In this document: piece after piece, positions 35,455 to 46,335 of the stretch
Layout of the letters: every line of letters begins with the position of its first letter
Numbering within the stretch: the stretch's first letter is position 1
Assembly: GCA_041666225.1 (NCBI GenBank)
Contig: JBAYHJ010000001.1
Span: 1,881-65,880, forward strand
Length of the DNA: 64,000 nucleotides
Direction of reading: 5' to 3'
Source of the DNA: Minisyncoccota bacterium
GTDB taxonomy: Bacteria > Patescibacteriota > Minisyncoccia > Phycocordibacterales > UBA9973
Translations under genes and position numbers: made by a program
The notes under the pieces: model-generated
The model's input: only the letters and a program-made list of their open reading frames with translations
The model's database searches: none
What the model was told of the DNA's origin: nothing

Positions 35455-38189
35455 TCTTCTTTAATTGTTTCATAGACAGCATACCATTCTCCATTATTTA
35501 TAAAACATCTAACTAAGGATTTTCCTGCTGGAATATCACTGTGTAGAGATTCAAGGTCTTTTGATTTTCTAATTTCAATATCTTCAGTATTTGTATTTCC
35601 ATACATACCTATCAATTCTTCTGTACTTTTTTGTTTAGACAAGATATCTTTATTTTTATTCTCATCCCAAATTAAATCTAACTGATTAGTATTATTAACC
35701 TTCTTAAAATTTCTTGAAATAAATCCTTTCTCAAAATATCTCATATTACTTTGATTGTTTATCAAACAAGTTGCATGTAAAATATTTTCCTTAGCTTCAC
35801 GACTAAGAGCTTCATCCATCATGGCTTCTCCTAGACCAAAGTTTTTACTAGCTTCATCTACATTTAATGCACTAGCATAGAAACTTGCATCATTTTGTTT
35901 TTCAAATCTAACAAAGGCTCTAATCTTATTATCCTTTTCAAAGGTATAAAAGAAGTTTTTCTTTTTATTATCTTCTGGAACAAAAGCAGTGGCAAAATAA
36001 TCTTTAACCTTGGTGATAAATTCTCGATCTGGGTGATCTTTATAATTACGATCGTATAATTCAAACATTTCTTCTTTTTGATCAGTTGATATAGCTCCTG
36101 CTTCTTTTTTTGAAAAAATTGAACCTTCAATACTCTCTATTGGGAGTTTCTCTCCATTTTTTATAGCTTGTTTAAATATTGCAAAAGTAGTTATAGTATC
36201 TGCATTTATACGATCTAATTGTCTCCCAATATCTTCGAAGTTTACTTCTATTTTATTATTTACATCTTCATATGCCCTAGAAAGCAATTGTTTACCTTTT
36301 GTATACAAAGTCTCTTCTATTTTTTGAATAAGCTCAGGATTTGTTTCTATTTCTTTTTTAAAATTACTTCTTGCAAATTCAGTTATTTTATTAACATTAT
36401 CAATTATTTCTCCGTATTTTGTAAAAACCTTCCTAGCTATATCTTCGGGTAATTTTTCTCCAAGTGCCAATATTTTGTCTCCGATTCCAATATCAATTCC
36501 ACTTTGCTGAATAGAAAGAAAAGTACGCATACCTGATTCTTTGTAAATTTTTACAAAATTTATAAGTTTTTCTTTCCTTAATTTTTCATTATTTTTATCT
36601 TCGTCTTTATTTATATCATTTAAGTAAAAAATAAATGATCCTTGTTCTTTAAAGGTTAAATTGTTCAAATAAACACCCGTTTCTTTAAATATTTTATCTT
36701 GTGATAATTTGTGATATTTTAAAGTAAATTCATTTAAATATTCTAGGCGTTGATTCTTTTCTTCATTTGTTTCATTTGATTTGGGTAAAAATAATGTCTC
36801 ATATACAAAATCTAGAATTTCAGCTTTTATATTTACATTTTCGTCTACAATATTTCCTAACTCAAAATATTTTATGAGTTTTTCTTCTTCGTTAAAGATA
36901 CCCATCTCTCCTTTTGGAGTCAATCTTTCAACACTATAGTTTGCATTATTATATTCACCCAAATCATACATTCTTTCTAAATATTTGACTCCTTCATTTG
37001 AAATACCTATCTTTCCAAATTCTAATCTATATAAAATAGAAGCTAAATGATTCTTGTCTTTTTTTTCTTTTCTTACAGCTTCGAGTAATTTTTTTGATGC
37101 ATAATTTGGGTCAAGTTTCGAAAGTGCCTCTGCAACATATACTCCAAAAATTGGATCACGATTTTTATTCCAGAAATCAATAAGAAAATTAATTGTTTCT
37201 TCTTTATTTTCCTTCAACTCACCCATTTTATCCAGTAAAGCATCTATGAGTTTAATAAACCCATATTCAAAAACTGGACCATCTGGACTATATGGATTTA
37301 ATGATAAGTTGTCTAAAAATTTCTTATCTTTATCTTTATAGATACTATTGGAATGTTTAGTCTTATAAACTAAAGAGTGCCCAAAATAAACATCTTGACC
37401 AAATTCATTATTTCTATCTGCTGACTTCTCATTAAGATCACCACTGTTCCAAATTTCCTGATATAACAATGAATTATGAAGATATGATAAAAATTTAATT
37501 AATAATTCTTTCTTTTTTTGTTCTCCTATTTTTTCAAAATTTTCATCAAATAAATCATCTGTATTTATATAACCATCTCCTCCTCTGATTAAATCATCAG
37601 CAATATCAAGTTTATCTAATAATTTTTTTCCAACTTTACCATACTCAAGTAAAAAACTATCACTCATATTACCATCACCCATAACTACCTCTTGTGCATG
37701 ATTCATTCTATCTGCCCTTAACCAATAATCATAACTATTACCCTCTGTCCACCCTCTTTTTTGAGGACAGTTTTTATTGTGTTTATTCCATATACCCAAT
37801 GTAGTAATTGATATTATCCCAGATTTACTTGGTGAATAACGTGGATTTTTTACAATATCTGATATTTTATCTATAACATCTTTATCAAAAGGAAATTCTG
37901 AAAGATATAAACTCGCTTTATCTGGTGAATTTAAGAGAAAATTATTAATTGCCATAGATACAATATAAATTCTCTTTTCAGTAGAAAAACTTCTCAAGAA
38001 TTCCACACTTTTTTCAGAAAAAATATCAGCCTTTATTTCTATTGGTAATTTATTATAAATATTTTTATATTTTCCACCATCCATATCTATGAAGCCATAA
38101 GCTTCGTCTAAAATTTTAGATTCTAGATCAAATTTTTCCTTATCATTATTTAGTTTATCTGTTTTTGATGGTGGTATATCAAATTTCAT
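35424..38189 (-). CDS. large hypothetical protein (921 aa), helical-repeat architecture with possible C-terminal GNAT-like motif
   Basis: long ORF; C-terminal ...KNFGLGEAMMDEAL resembles the GNAT acetyl-CoA-binding motif; otherwise unrecognised. Confidence 0.6.
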   Translation of the reverse strand: MKFDIPPSKTDKLNNDKEKFDLESKILDEAYGFIDMDGGKYKNIYNKLPIEIKADIFSEKSVEFLRSFSTEKRIYIVSMAINNFLLNSPDKASLYLSEFPFDKDVIDKISDIVKNPRYSPSKSGIISITTLGIWNKHNKNCPQKRGWTEGNSYDYWLRADRMNHAQEVVMGDGNMSDSFLLEYGKVGKKLLDKLDIADDLIRGGDGYINTDDLFDENFEKIGEQKKKELLIKFLSYLHNSLLYQEIWNSGDLNEKSADRNNEFGQDVYFGHSLVYKTKHSNSIYKDKDKKFLDNLSLNPYSPDGPVFEYGFIKLIDALLDKMGELKENKEETINFLIDFWNKNRDPIFGVYVAEALSKLDPNYASKKLLEAVRKEKKDKNHLASILYRLEFGKIGISNEGVKYLERMYDLGEYNNANYSVERLTPKGEMGIFNEEEKLIKYFELGNIVDENVNIKAEILDFVYETLFLPKSNETNEEKNQRLEYLNEFTLKYHKLSQDKIFKETGVYLNNLTFKEQGSFIFYLNDINKDEDKNNEKLRKEKLINFVKIYKESGMRTFLSIQQSGIDIGIGDKILALGEKLPEDIARKVFTKYGEIIDNVNKITEFARSNFKKEIETNPELIQKIEETLYTKGKQLLSRAYEDVNNKIEVNFEDIGRQLDRINADTITTFAIFKQAIKNGEKLPIESIEGSIFSKKEAGAISTDQKEEMFELYDRNYKDHPDREFITKVKDYFATAFVPEDNKKKNFFYTFEKDNKIRAFVRFEKQNDASFYASALNVDEASKNFGLGEAMMDEALSREAKENILHATCLINNQSNMRYFEKGFISRNFKKVNNTNQLDLIWDENKNKDILSKQKSTEELIGMYGNTNTEDIEIRKSKDLESLHSDIPAGKSLVRCFINNGEWYAVYETIKEDYGMNLGETK

Positions 38190-38429
38190 CCCTCTATTCT
38201 ACCAAATTCTCTAAATCTAGACAAAACTGCCATTTTGGAGTATTATAAATGTATCGAAATTTAAAAGTTTTATTGAAATGTTCGCTTTCGAAATGCAGTC
38301 ACGATATGAATTTTTTATGAATTTAAACAATTTTCAGTTCTGTTCTAAATCAATCATACATGTTTTGATAAATTGCCTTAAAATAAGGGTGGTTTAATCT
38401 CTGTGTTTTAAAAGCGGCAAAAAAGTCGC

Positions 38430-39956
38430 ATGAATTTAACAATAATAATGATAGGTGCTCTTGCTCTTGCATTGGGAGTTGGAGTTGGGTATTATTTGCG
38501 CCTAATTATTTCACTTGGGAAAAAGGGTTCTATGGAACTTGAAATCAAGCAAATAATGTTGGGGGCAAAAGAAGATGCTCAAAAAGTTATTGATGAAGCA
38601 AAGAAAAAAGGAGAGGCGCATCTTAATGAAGTTAGTAAAGAGACAAAACACAAAGAGGAAGAGTGGAAACAAACAGAAAACCGTCTAATAAAAAAAGACG
38701 AAATGCTCGACAATCGTCAAGCTGAAATAGATAAAGAGGTTGAGAAAATAAAGCTAAAGATTGAAGAAGTTAAAAAAGTTAAAGAAAGAGTAGACAGTAT
38801 GGAAGAAGAGAAAGAAAAAGTACTTGAAAAAGTTGCTGGTCTTTCACGTGATGATGCAAAAGAAATTTTATTTAAAGATATTGAAACAAAATATGAAGAA
38901 GATTTAGTTGTTCGTATGCAAAAAATGGAAGGGATCAATGCTGAAAAGCTTGATCGACGAGCTAAAGACATCCTCTCAGCAAGTATCAATCGCCTAGCTG
39001 CTTCTACAGCTAGTGAAATGATGACAACTTCCGTTAATATTCCAAACGATGAAATTAAAGGTAAGATTATCGGAAAAGAAGGCCGTAATATTCGTGCTTT
39101 TGAAAAAGGTTCAGGTGTTGAGTTGATTATCGACGAAACACCAGGAGCAATTGTGATATCGTCTTTTGATCCAGTGCGCCGACAAGTGGCTCGCCTTGCT
39201 CTTGAGAACTTAATCCTAGATGGCCGAATTCAACCAGCAAAAATTGAAGAAGTTGTCGCCAAAGCTCAAGAAGATATAAATAAAATAATTAAAGAAAAAG
39301 GAGACCAAGCAGTTTATGAATGTGGAATCTTTAATTTAGACCCAAGAATCAGTGCCATTGTCGGACGTCTATACTTCCGAACATCATATGGCCAAAATGT
39401 TCTACAGCACTCAATAGAGATGGCTCACATCGCAGGAATGCTTGCCGAAGAACTAGGTGCAGATGTTCAAGTCGCAAAAGCAGGTGCATTAGTACACGAT
39501 ATTGGTAAAGCCTTAGACCACGAGGTTCAAGGAACACATATAGATATTGGTATTAGAATCCTTCAAAAGTTTGGAGCAGACCCTCGTATTGTCACAGCCA
39601 TGAAGAGTCACCATGATGATACTCCTCACGAATCCATAGAAGCGGTAATCGTCCAAACAGCTGACCACATCTCAGGTGGACGCCCAGGAGCACGTAGAGA
39701 CAGTGTTGAGAACTATATTAAGCGTTTACAAGACTTGGAAGCCCTAACAAAAACGTTTGATGGAGTAGAAAAATCTTACGCCTTATCAGCCGGCCGTGAA
39801 ATAAGGATATTTGTAACCCCTGAAAAAGTTACAGACTTACAAGCAAAAGAAATGGCCCGTGATATAGCCAAAAAGATTGAACAAGAACTCACCTACCCTG
39901 GTGAAATAAGAGTCACAATGATAAGAGAAAATAGAATTATTGAATACGCAAGATAA
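38430..39956 (+). CDS. rny: ribonuclease Y
   Basis: 508 aa; N-terminal TM, coiled coil, KH (GKIIGKEGRNIRAFE), HD domain (VHDIGKA...HH). Confidence 0.9.
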   Translation: MNLTIIMIGALALALGVGVGYYLRLIISLGKKGSMELEIKQIMLGAKEDAQKVIDEAKKKGEAHLNEVSKETKHKEEEWKQTENRLIKKDEMLDNRQAEIDKEVEKIKLKIEEVKKVKERVDSMEEEKEKVLEKVAGLSRDDAKEILFKDIETKYEEDLVVRMQKMEGINAEKLDRRAKDILSASINRLAASTASEMMTTSVNIPNDEIKGKIIGKEGRNIRAFEKGSGVELIIDETPGAIVISSFDPVRRQVARLALENLILDGRIQPAKIEEVVAKAQEDINKIIKEKGDQAVYECGIFNLDPRISAIVGRLYFRTSYGQNVLQHSIEMAHIAGMLAEELGADVQVAKAGALVHDIGKALDHEVQGTHIDIGIRILQKFGADPRIVTAMKSHHDDTPHESIEAVIVQTADHISGGRPGARRDSVENYIKRLQDLEALTKTFDGVEKSYALSAGREIRIFVTPEKVTDLQAKEMARDIAKKIEQELTYPGEIRVTMIRENRIIEYAR

Positions 39957-39967
39957 ACCAAAATCAA

Positions 39968-40002
39968 AAATTCCCATAGGTCAGACCTATGGGAATTTTT
40001 TT
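39968..40002. terminator. bidirectional hairpin aaaaattcccataggtc-aga-cctatgggaattttttt
   Basis: sequence. Confidence 0.7.
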
Positions 40003-41725
40003 ATACTACTGTTTTTAAATAATGTTCTTTACAATACAAATTTGGAGTATTCTCACTGTAAGCCGTGATGATTTCTTTATCACATAGAGAGAACGTGCAC
40101 TTCCCTGTTCTAAATATTGGTCCGTTGCGAAGTTTCATACGCTCAGCATGTCTGCAATTGGGGCACTTGGAAGGAAGAGGAATATTGAATCGTTGATAAA
40201 ATCCAAATTCATCGGGAATAATTTTAAAGGCTGTTGCACAATTCTTGTTCTCATCGCCATTATTTTCACATTCTATAATTTCCCCTGTAATGTTTTCAGT
40301 TACTTCAGAAATTAAATCTGGAATATCATCTACCAAAATAGTTGGTTTATAATTTCTTTGCTCTCTTATATACCACTCATACCCCTTCTCTTTTGCAACC
40401 CTTTCATTGAGTGGGAAGAATTCTTGTGCCGTAGTTTCATTATAAGCAAAAGGAGAAAGTTCAGACGGGAAGAATTCCCCATAACCATACGACAGTCCTT
40501 GATTGTCTTTGTAAGGCATCGCTTTCATCTGTTCAATAATTTTCTCTCGCAATATTTTATATTCCTCTTCTGTGTATTCTTTATTTAAAATATAAAATCC
40601 CTTTTTCCTTAAACCAATACAGCCAAACATATCGTGAGAGGTCATAATCTGAATACAATAATCTAGGTTCATATTCTCACTTGCAGAGAACCAAGAAAAA
40701 TTTACTCTTGAACCTCCATTGCCCCCTTGTAGGACTTCATATTGCAACTCAGTATTGAAACCAAATTGAGTATAATCATAACAATCTTTAGTATTTGAAG
40801 CCACTAAATATTGACAATATTTCAGATTACGTCCTTCATGAACAATCCAACTTTCTTTAATATCTTTTGAATTATAAATATAATCTCCTGTTGCATTGTC
40901 GTTCTGCTTTTCATGCATATACTTTGTAATTCCAGTTTTCCAGAATTCAACTACTTTTCTTTTAATATTTTTAATTCCTTTTCTAGAATCCAATTTCAAT
41001 TCTTTCAGTTTTTCCATATAGGCTTCTTTACTACCCATTGGTTCATTGAAAATGCAAAAGCTTTGTTTGCGTAAATTCACACAACCGAAACAATCAGTAC
41101 ATCCATTACAATCACGGCAAAACAGAATATCCGAAGAACTTTCACAATCAATAGAATAAAATGCCCTATAACAATTCTGAATATTCACACATTCATAGCA
41201 CATTTCTCCTTTATCTGTTAGATTAGTATCAAAACAATTTTTAGATTTTTCAACTTCACAGCCATACGAACAATCTTCATTAAAATCAGAATTAAACATT
41301 AGATAACAATTACGAAGATCAAGAACCATATTATTATATGGTGAATTTACCATACGTGATTCATCCACTACAAAGTTCGTCATGAAAGGCACTTCACTCA
41401 TTAATTCTTTATACTGTTCGAAGAATGGCTTTGAGAAATCGTAATCCCTCCCATATTTTGTCGCATCGAAATCATCACCCCACCAGCATTTCTGGCAAAC
41501 TATTTTGGTTTTTCCTCCTGGATGATAAATAGAAATTACATCATTATTACACATTTCACATGTCCTTTTGTATAAAGTTCTGTCATTTCTAAAAGTTAAA
41601 CGACGAATAAGCCGACACTCGGGGCAAAAGGTTGGTGCTGGCACTCCAATTTTCTCATAGAAATCAAAATCTTCACTTTCAATTTCAAAACTTTTTTTAC
41701 ATTGTTGGCAATTTTTTGTTTCCAT
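40001..41725 (-). CDS. cysteine-rich protein with N- and C-terminal zinc-ribbon modules (paralog A)
   Basis: 574 aa; N-terminal CQQC...FYEKIGVPAPTFCPECRLIRRLTFRNDRTLYKRTCEMC repeated near C-terminus (FYQRFNIPLPSKCPNCRHAERMKLRN); central region with dense CxxC/CxC repeats; paralog at 59219..60904. Confidence 0.7.
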   Translation of the reverse strand: METKNCQQCKKSFEIESEDFDFYEKIGVPAPTFCPECRLIRRLTFRNDRTLYKRTCEMCNNDVISIYHPGGKTKIVCQKCWWGDDFDATKYGRDYDFSKPFFEQYKELMSEVPFMTNFVVDESRMVNSPYNNMVLDLRNCYLMFNSDFNEDCSYGCEVEKSKNCFDTNLTDKGEMCYECVNIQNCYRAFYSIDCESSSDILFCRDCNGCTDCFGCVNLRKQSFCIFNEPMGSKEAYMEKLKELKLDSRKGIKNIKRKVVEFWKTGITKYMHEKQNDNATGDYIYNSKDIKESWIVHEGRNLKYCQYLVASNTKDCYDYTQFGFNTELQYEVLQGGNGGSRVNFSWFSASENMNLDYCIQIMTSHDMFGCIGLRKKGFYILNKEYTEEEYKILREKIIEQMKAMPYKDNQGLSYGYGEFFPSELSPFAYNETTAQEFFPLNERVAKEKGYEWYIREQRNYKPTILVDDIPDLISEVTENITGEIIECENNGDENKNCATAFKIIPDEFGFYQRFNIPLPSKCPNCRHAERMKLRNGPIFRTGKCTFSLCDKEIITAYSENTPNLYCKEHYLKTVV

Positions 41726-41944
41726 ATAATTTTTTTATTATTTATATTATCTCACAATTAATTCACAAATAATACTATTCACGAACTAAATAATGAGGGT
41801 TAATTTTAAAAAACTAACCCAAAATTATTAATACCATTTTACTATCATCACGACAGTTTTGAGTTTCAAGGAGGCATGGTGTCCACCTAACCAGAGGTTT
41901 CGATTACTTCATTCATCGAACTTTGTTTGGATTTTTCCAAGGCT

Positions 41945-42253
41945 CTAGGATCCAAGAAGAAATATGCGGATACTAGTTAGACATTCAATGTAATCTTTTG
42001 AAAAATTATCACCAATGCTAACCAAATATTCAATATGACTCCTCAGCGTCTTACCTTCGTACACATCTTCTAGGAGATTGTTATACTGAATGTTAGAGAA
42101 AACCTCCCTAGCACTTTCAACAGCTAACAACTCATGAAGCAGACAAAGTTTGAGCTCGAGAATTGAATTGAACATTATCATTATTTTTTCCAAAAAACTT
42201 CCACAAACTCGTGGTTCCAAGCAAGAAATCCTGATAAATGAAGAATATACCAT
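41945..42253 (-). CDS. small hypothetical ORF (possibly spurious; alternative 50-codon membrane ORF MKKMKEFLRDFSQNHPFLIVLIIFVIAWYILHLSGFLAW at 42330..42178)
   Basis: weak; overlapping alternatives. Confidence 0.2.
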   Translation of the reverse strand: MVYSSFIRISCLEPRVCGSFLEKIMIMFNSILELKLCLLHELLAVESAREVFSNIQYNNLLEDVYEGKTLRSHIEYLVSIGDNFSKDYIECLTSIRIFLLGS

Positions 42254-42504
42254 GCTATAACAAATATAATTAGTACAATTAAGAATGGATGGTTTTGAGA
42301 AAAATCCCTTAAAAACTCTTTCATTTTTTTCATGGCTTTTGATTTAATTGGTTTTCACAATTACTAAATAGGAACTCTGAGAACCAATCAAATCTTTTTT
42401 AATGAACTTTATTTACTATAATTATCCCATGTATTTAGTAATATGTCATATTTGTCGTCAATATTCAAAATTATGGACAAATACGCTTATATGGTATAAA
42501 ATAT

Positions 42505-43287
42505 ATGTTGTCGGTTTGTCCGACATATATGATTAAAGTTAAAAATGATATTAAACTATTAGAAAACTTGCATGAGTTCGGATTGCAGGAAAATGAAGCA
42601 AAAGTATATCTTGCTTCCCTTTCTCTTGGTCCCACCACAATACTTAATCTTTCTAAATATGGAGAAGTAAAGAGAACTACAGTATATGAAGTTGTGGATA
42701 GTCTTGAAAAGAAAGGTTTAATGAAAAAGGAGGTTCATGGATTTAAAACTTTATATTCACCAGAACATCCTGAACGATTAGAAAATACATTGGAATCAAA
42801 AAGAGTTCTTCTTTTTCGTGTACTTCCAGAACTTGAGGGTAAATATCACTTAAAAGGAACCGAAAGTTCTATTAAATATTACGAAGGGCTTAGTGCAATA
42901 AAAAATATTTATGATGACTTATTAAAAGATCTTAAACCACATGATTTTTACTATGCCATTTCAAATATCAGAGAATGGCAAGGGCTTGATGAAGATTTTT
43001 TTATAAAAAACCATGTTGAAAAAAGAGCTAAAATGAGTATAAATACCAAGCTTATTTTTACAGACTCCCCTACTGCTCAAAATAGAAAGAAAACTGAACG
43101 CAATTTTAATGAAGAAATAAAAATAATTCCAGATAGTACAAACATACACTTGGACTTCGTAATTACTCCATATAAATTAGTTATGTTTCAGCTTCACAAT
43201 CCTCTTATCGCTCTTGTAATAGAAAATCAAAGCATGATAAATGCCCAAAAAGAAATTTTCGATCTTCTTTGGAGTAAGAGTTCGTAG
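42505..43287 (+). CDS. TrmB-family transcriptional regulator (paralog 2)
   Basis: wHTH LQENEAKVYLASLSLGPTTILNLSKYGEVKRTTVYEVVDSLEKKGLM. Confidence 0.65.
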   Translation: MLSVCPTYMIKVKNDIKLLENLHEFGLQENEAKVYLASLSLGPTTILNLSKYGEVKRTTVYEVVDSLEKKGLMKKEVHGFKTLYSPEHPERLENTLESKRVLLFRVLPELEGKYHLKGTESSIKYYEGLSAIKNIYDDLLKDLKPHDFYYAISNIREWQGLDEDFFIKNHVEKRAKMSINTKLIFTDSPTAQNRKKTERNFNEEIKIIPDSTNIHLDFVITPYKLVMFQLHNPLIALVIENQSMINAQKEIFDLLWSKSS

Positions 43288-43496
43288 TAAAAAATACTAC
43301 AAATTCTGCCATGACAAAATTTGTAGCATTTTTCATAATACAAAGACTTAATTTGTCAAACACATAAAACCCTTGTTTTAAAATTAGCTTGGTATATAAT
43401 AGGATTACACCTATTTATTAGGGATCGTTTGCAAACGGTCGAATTATTATTCAATAGCATTTTATATTTTTGAAAGAAATTATAAAAACTAAAATA

Positions 43497-43769
43497 ATGA
43501 ATAAACAAGCATTAGTAGAACTAGTTCATGAAAAGCTCGGCGGTACAAAAGTACAAGCTGAAGAAGTTGTAAATGGATTGTTTGACGCTATCGTTGCTAC
43601 TTTGAAAAAAGGAGGCGAAGTATCAATCGCAGGTATTGGAATCTTTTCTGTTAAGGCACGTGCAGCCCGCATGGCTCGCAACCCTAAGACAGGAGAGCAA
43701 GTAAAAGTAGCTGCTACAAAAGTTCCAAAATTCCGTGCAGCAAAAGCTCTTAAAGACGCTGTAAAATAA
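43497..43769 (+). CDS. hup: DNA-binding protein HU
   Basis: MNKQALVELVHEKLGGTKVQAEEVVNGLFDAI...GIGIFSV..RNPKTGE; terminator hairpin 43793-43830. Confidence 0.9.
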   Translation: MNKQALVELVHEKLGGTKVQAEEVVNGLFDAIVATLKKGGEVSIAGIGIFSVKARAARMARNPKTGEQVKVAATKVPKFRAAKALKDAVK

Positions 43770-43950
43770 TTCACCACTCGGCGAATTAAATATTAACCAC
43801 TCTATTCTATCTAGGAGTGGTTTTTATTTTTAAAAAACAAAAACAAATAGTCTTATCAAAGGGGCTTTGGAGCGCGTCGGCGCGAGAACGGAGCAAATTT
43901 CTAGCAAGAAATTTGCGTACCCTTTGAGAAGAGCTATTTGTTGAAGTTTT

Positions 43951-44700
43951 TTATTCTAATAATAGTAATGCGAGCATTGATAAAACTCCAATCAATATAA
44001 TAAAAATTTGGATTATTGAGTGTTTAACATTTTTGGTTTTATGGAGTTCAGGGATAAGATCAGCAATAGCTATATAAATAAATCCCCCTGCGGCAATTGG
44101 GATAAAAAACAATGCTGTATTTTCAATTATATTCCCAAATAGAAAAACTATGAGAAGCCCAAAGATAGAAGCAAGTGCTGAAAGAAAATTAAACCATAAT
44201 GCTCTTTTTTTACTATAACCAGAATGAATCAATACCGCAAAATCACCTATCTCTTGTGGGATCTCGTGCAAAATAACAGCAATAGTCGTCGCAATACCGA
44301 CTGGGATACTAACCAAAAAACTTGCTCCAATTATTGCTCCATCTATAAGATTATGAAAACCATCTGTAAACAAAACCAACTTCCCTACCGGATGAATATG
44401 ATCTTCATTTTTATCTTCTCCGTGGTGATGCCAATGAATAAATTTTTCTATTATAAAAAATAATAAAATCCCAACTATAATTAAAATACTAGATAAATTA
44501 ACTCCGAGTTTGCCTTCAAATGCTTCCGGAATAATATGAAGAAAAGCATCACCAAGCAATGCCCCAATTGCCAAACTTATAAAAAAATTAATATATTTTT
44601 TTAATATTTCTTCTTTTAAAGATAAAGAAAAAACGCCAACCAAAGAAACAAGGCTCACAAGTATCACACTTCCAAATGCATATAAATAATTTGTTAACAT
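43951..44700 (-). CDS. zupT: ZIP-family zinc transporter
   Basis: multi-TM; ZIP signature HEIPQEIGDFAVLIHSGYS; start trimmed to MLTNYLY to avoid overlap with tRNA-Pro. Confidence 0.8.
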   Translation of the reverse strand: MLTNYLYAFGSVILVSLVSLVGVFSLSLKEEILKKYINFFISLAIGALLGDAFLHIIPEAFEGKLGVNLSSILIIVGILLFFIIEKFIHWHHHGEDKNEDHIHPVGKLVLFTDGFHNLIDGAIIGASFLVSIPVGIATTIAVILHEIPQEIGDFAVLIHSGYSKKRALWFNFLSALASIFGLLIVFLFGNIIENTALFFIPIAAGGFIYIAIADLIPELHKTKNVKHSIIQIFIILIGVLSMLALLLLE

Positions 44701-44707
44701 AATATTG

Positions 44708-44780
44708 TCGGGGTGCCGGGATTCGAACCCGGAGTCGCCTGTTCCCAAAACAGGAATGTTAGCCGTTACACCACACCCCG
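44708..44780 (-). tRNA. tRNA-Pro (anticodon UGG)
   Basis: manual cloverleaf: C1:G72 acceptor CGGGGUG/CACCCCG, anticodon stem CCUGU/ACAGG, loop UUUGGGA, T-loop UUCGAAU. Confidence 0.85.
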
Positions 44781-44879
44781 ATGTAATTTTCTTATAGTAT
44801 CATATTTTACAATAAATACAATTTTATATAGTTTTTAGTTGAATTAATATTTCAAATAGTGTATATTATTTTAGTGTTT

Positions 44880-44950
44880 GCGGGATTAGTTTATCGGTAA
44901 AATAACAGTTTTCCAAACTGTGGTGAAGGGTTCGACTCCCTTATCCCGCA
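44880..44950 (+). tRNA. tRNA-Gly (anticodon UCC)
   Basis: acceptor GCGGGAU/AUCCCGC, anticodon stem ACAGU/ACUGU, loop UUUCCAA, T-arm AAGGG-UUCGACU-CCCUU. Confidence 0.85.
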
Positions 44951-45083
44951 CAGAAAAAAATCACCCATTGGGGTGTTTTTTGTGCGGGATAGCAAGTAAA
45001 CTTCTTTACTTGCGTAAGGGAGGCGAAAGATTTTTCTTTATTTTGATTTTAATCAAAATAGAAAAATACCCGAATAGGTTGTA

Positions 45084-45110
45084 TTCGACTCCCTTATCCC
45101 GCACTATAAA
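45084..45110 (+). repeat. direct repeat of the tRNA-Gly(UCC) 3' end (ttcgactcccttatcccgcac), 133 nt downstream of the intact gene
   Basis: 23-nt exact match to 44928..44950; intervening 44951..45083 is hairpin-rich. Confidence 0.75.
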
Positions 45111-45520
45111 ATTATATTTTCAATCTTTTTAACTCTGGCTTTTCTATTTTCGAGATCTAAATAAACAACCAATAAATCAAATTGCCAATCAGTATACCCC
45201 AATCTTTTACTTATAAGATACGTTTCCACTACCCTTCGCAATCTTTTCAATTTCCATGGATGCATATTTTCTTCTGGTCTTCCACTTGTGTTTATGTTTA
45301 ATTCATTCTGTTTAAAATAATAATCTAAATCAGAAACACTCTTGGATTTAACTTCAATAAAATATAAAATCTCATCTTTTTTAGCAATAATATCTATTTC
45401 TCCCCATTTTTTCGTATAGTTTCGTTCCAATACCGAAAAACCTAAATTGGAAAGATAATTGCAGGCAACATCTTCTCCTATCTCACCTATTTTCTGAGAA
45501 TTTGAAGTAAAATTCTTCAT
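45104..45520 (-). CDS. yraN: YraN/UPF0102-family putative endonuclease
   Basis: 138 aa; IGEIGEDVACNYL...GEIDIIA motif. Confidence 0.75.
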   Translation of the reverse strand: MKNFTSNSQKIGEIGEDVACNYLSNLGFSVLERNYTKKWGEIDIIAKKDEILYFIEVKSKSVSDLDYYFKQNELNINTSGRPEENMHPWKLKRLRRVVETYLISKRLGYTDWQFDLLVVYLDLENRKARVKKIENIIL

Positions 45521-45900
45521 ATATAATAGTTTTGTGACATGCGATTTAGCAAAATCGTGTCGCGCAGTGTCGACTAAAGCGCGACGAACCCATAATTAGT
45601 TTCATGTGTAACTTGATATTTGTCATAATATCTTGGTTTATTTACAATCAATCGTTTCACGTGAAACGATTTCAATATAATGGACATGAAATTCGATTCA
45701 TAATAATATTTCATAAAAATATTCTTATTTATCAAGGTATTTATCGCTTCATCTAAAATTTGTCTTACAAAAACTTAATCTCAATAGTTGTCTTTTATAA
45801 ACAATACACACATGGTTATCCACAAAATTCTTAATTTCCAAGGCTTTTCAATGTGGATAAGGGACGAATAAAGGTCAAAGTATTTTATGATATTATATTT

Positions 45901-45974
45901 TGGTGCGGGATAGGGGAATCGGACCCCTGTCAAATGATTGGCAACCATTTGTTCTACCACTGAACCAATCCCGC
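45901..45974 (-). tRNA. tRNA-Gly (anticodon GCC), CCA encoded
   Basis: GCGGGAUUGGUUCAGUGGUAGAAC...anticodon loop UUGCCAA...GGUCCGAUUCCCCUAUCCCGCACCA. Confidence 0.85.
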
Positions 45975-46110
45975 AAACATAAAATAACTCATAAATTATA
46001 ATCATTTTTGACAAAAAATGCAATTGTAATAATATGCTTATTTTAAAAGCTTATTTACTAAATTATCAAACTAGTGTACAATTAAATAGTAAAATTATTA
46101 AAAGTAACTC

Positions 46111-46182
46111 TGCGCCCGTAGCTCAACGGATAGAGTACCGGTCTTCGGAACCGTGGATGTGGGTTCAATTCCTGCCGGGCGC
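46111..46182 (+). tRNA. tRNA-Arg (anticodon UCG; isotype from manual fold)
   Basis: acceptor GCGCCCG/CGGGCGC, D-arm GCUC-AACGGAUA-GAGU, anticodon loop CUUCGGA, T-loop UUCAAUU. Confidence 0.7.
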
Positions 46183-46335
46183 ACAAGTGTTTATTAATCT
46201 TCACTTCTGTAGATTGATAGCTTGTGCGAAGTGGAGCCCTGTTTTGTTAGTAAACAAAACAGGCGAGCCAGGGTCGTGAAAATATATTTGTGACGACAAA
46301 TAAATTATTCCTGACCACAAGCGATATATTTAAAT

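Noticed and set aside
45781-46279. Two ~80-aa ORFs (45781..46023 minus, 46034..46279 plus)
   Set aside because: They overlap tRNA-Gly(GCC) and tRNA-Arg respectively, so they are spurious.
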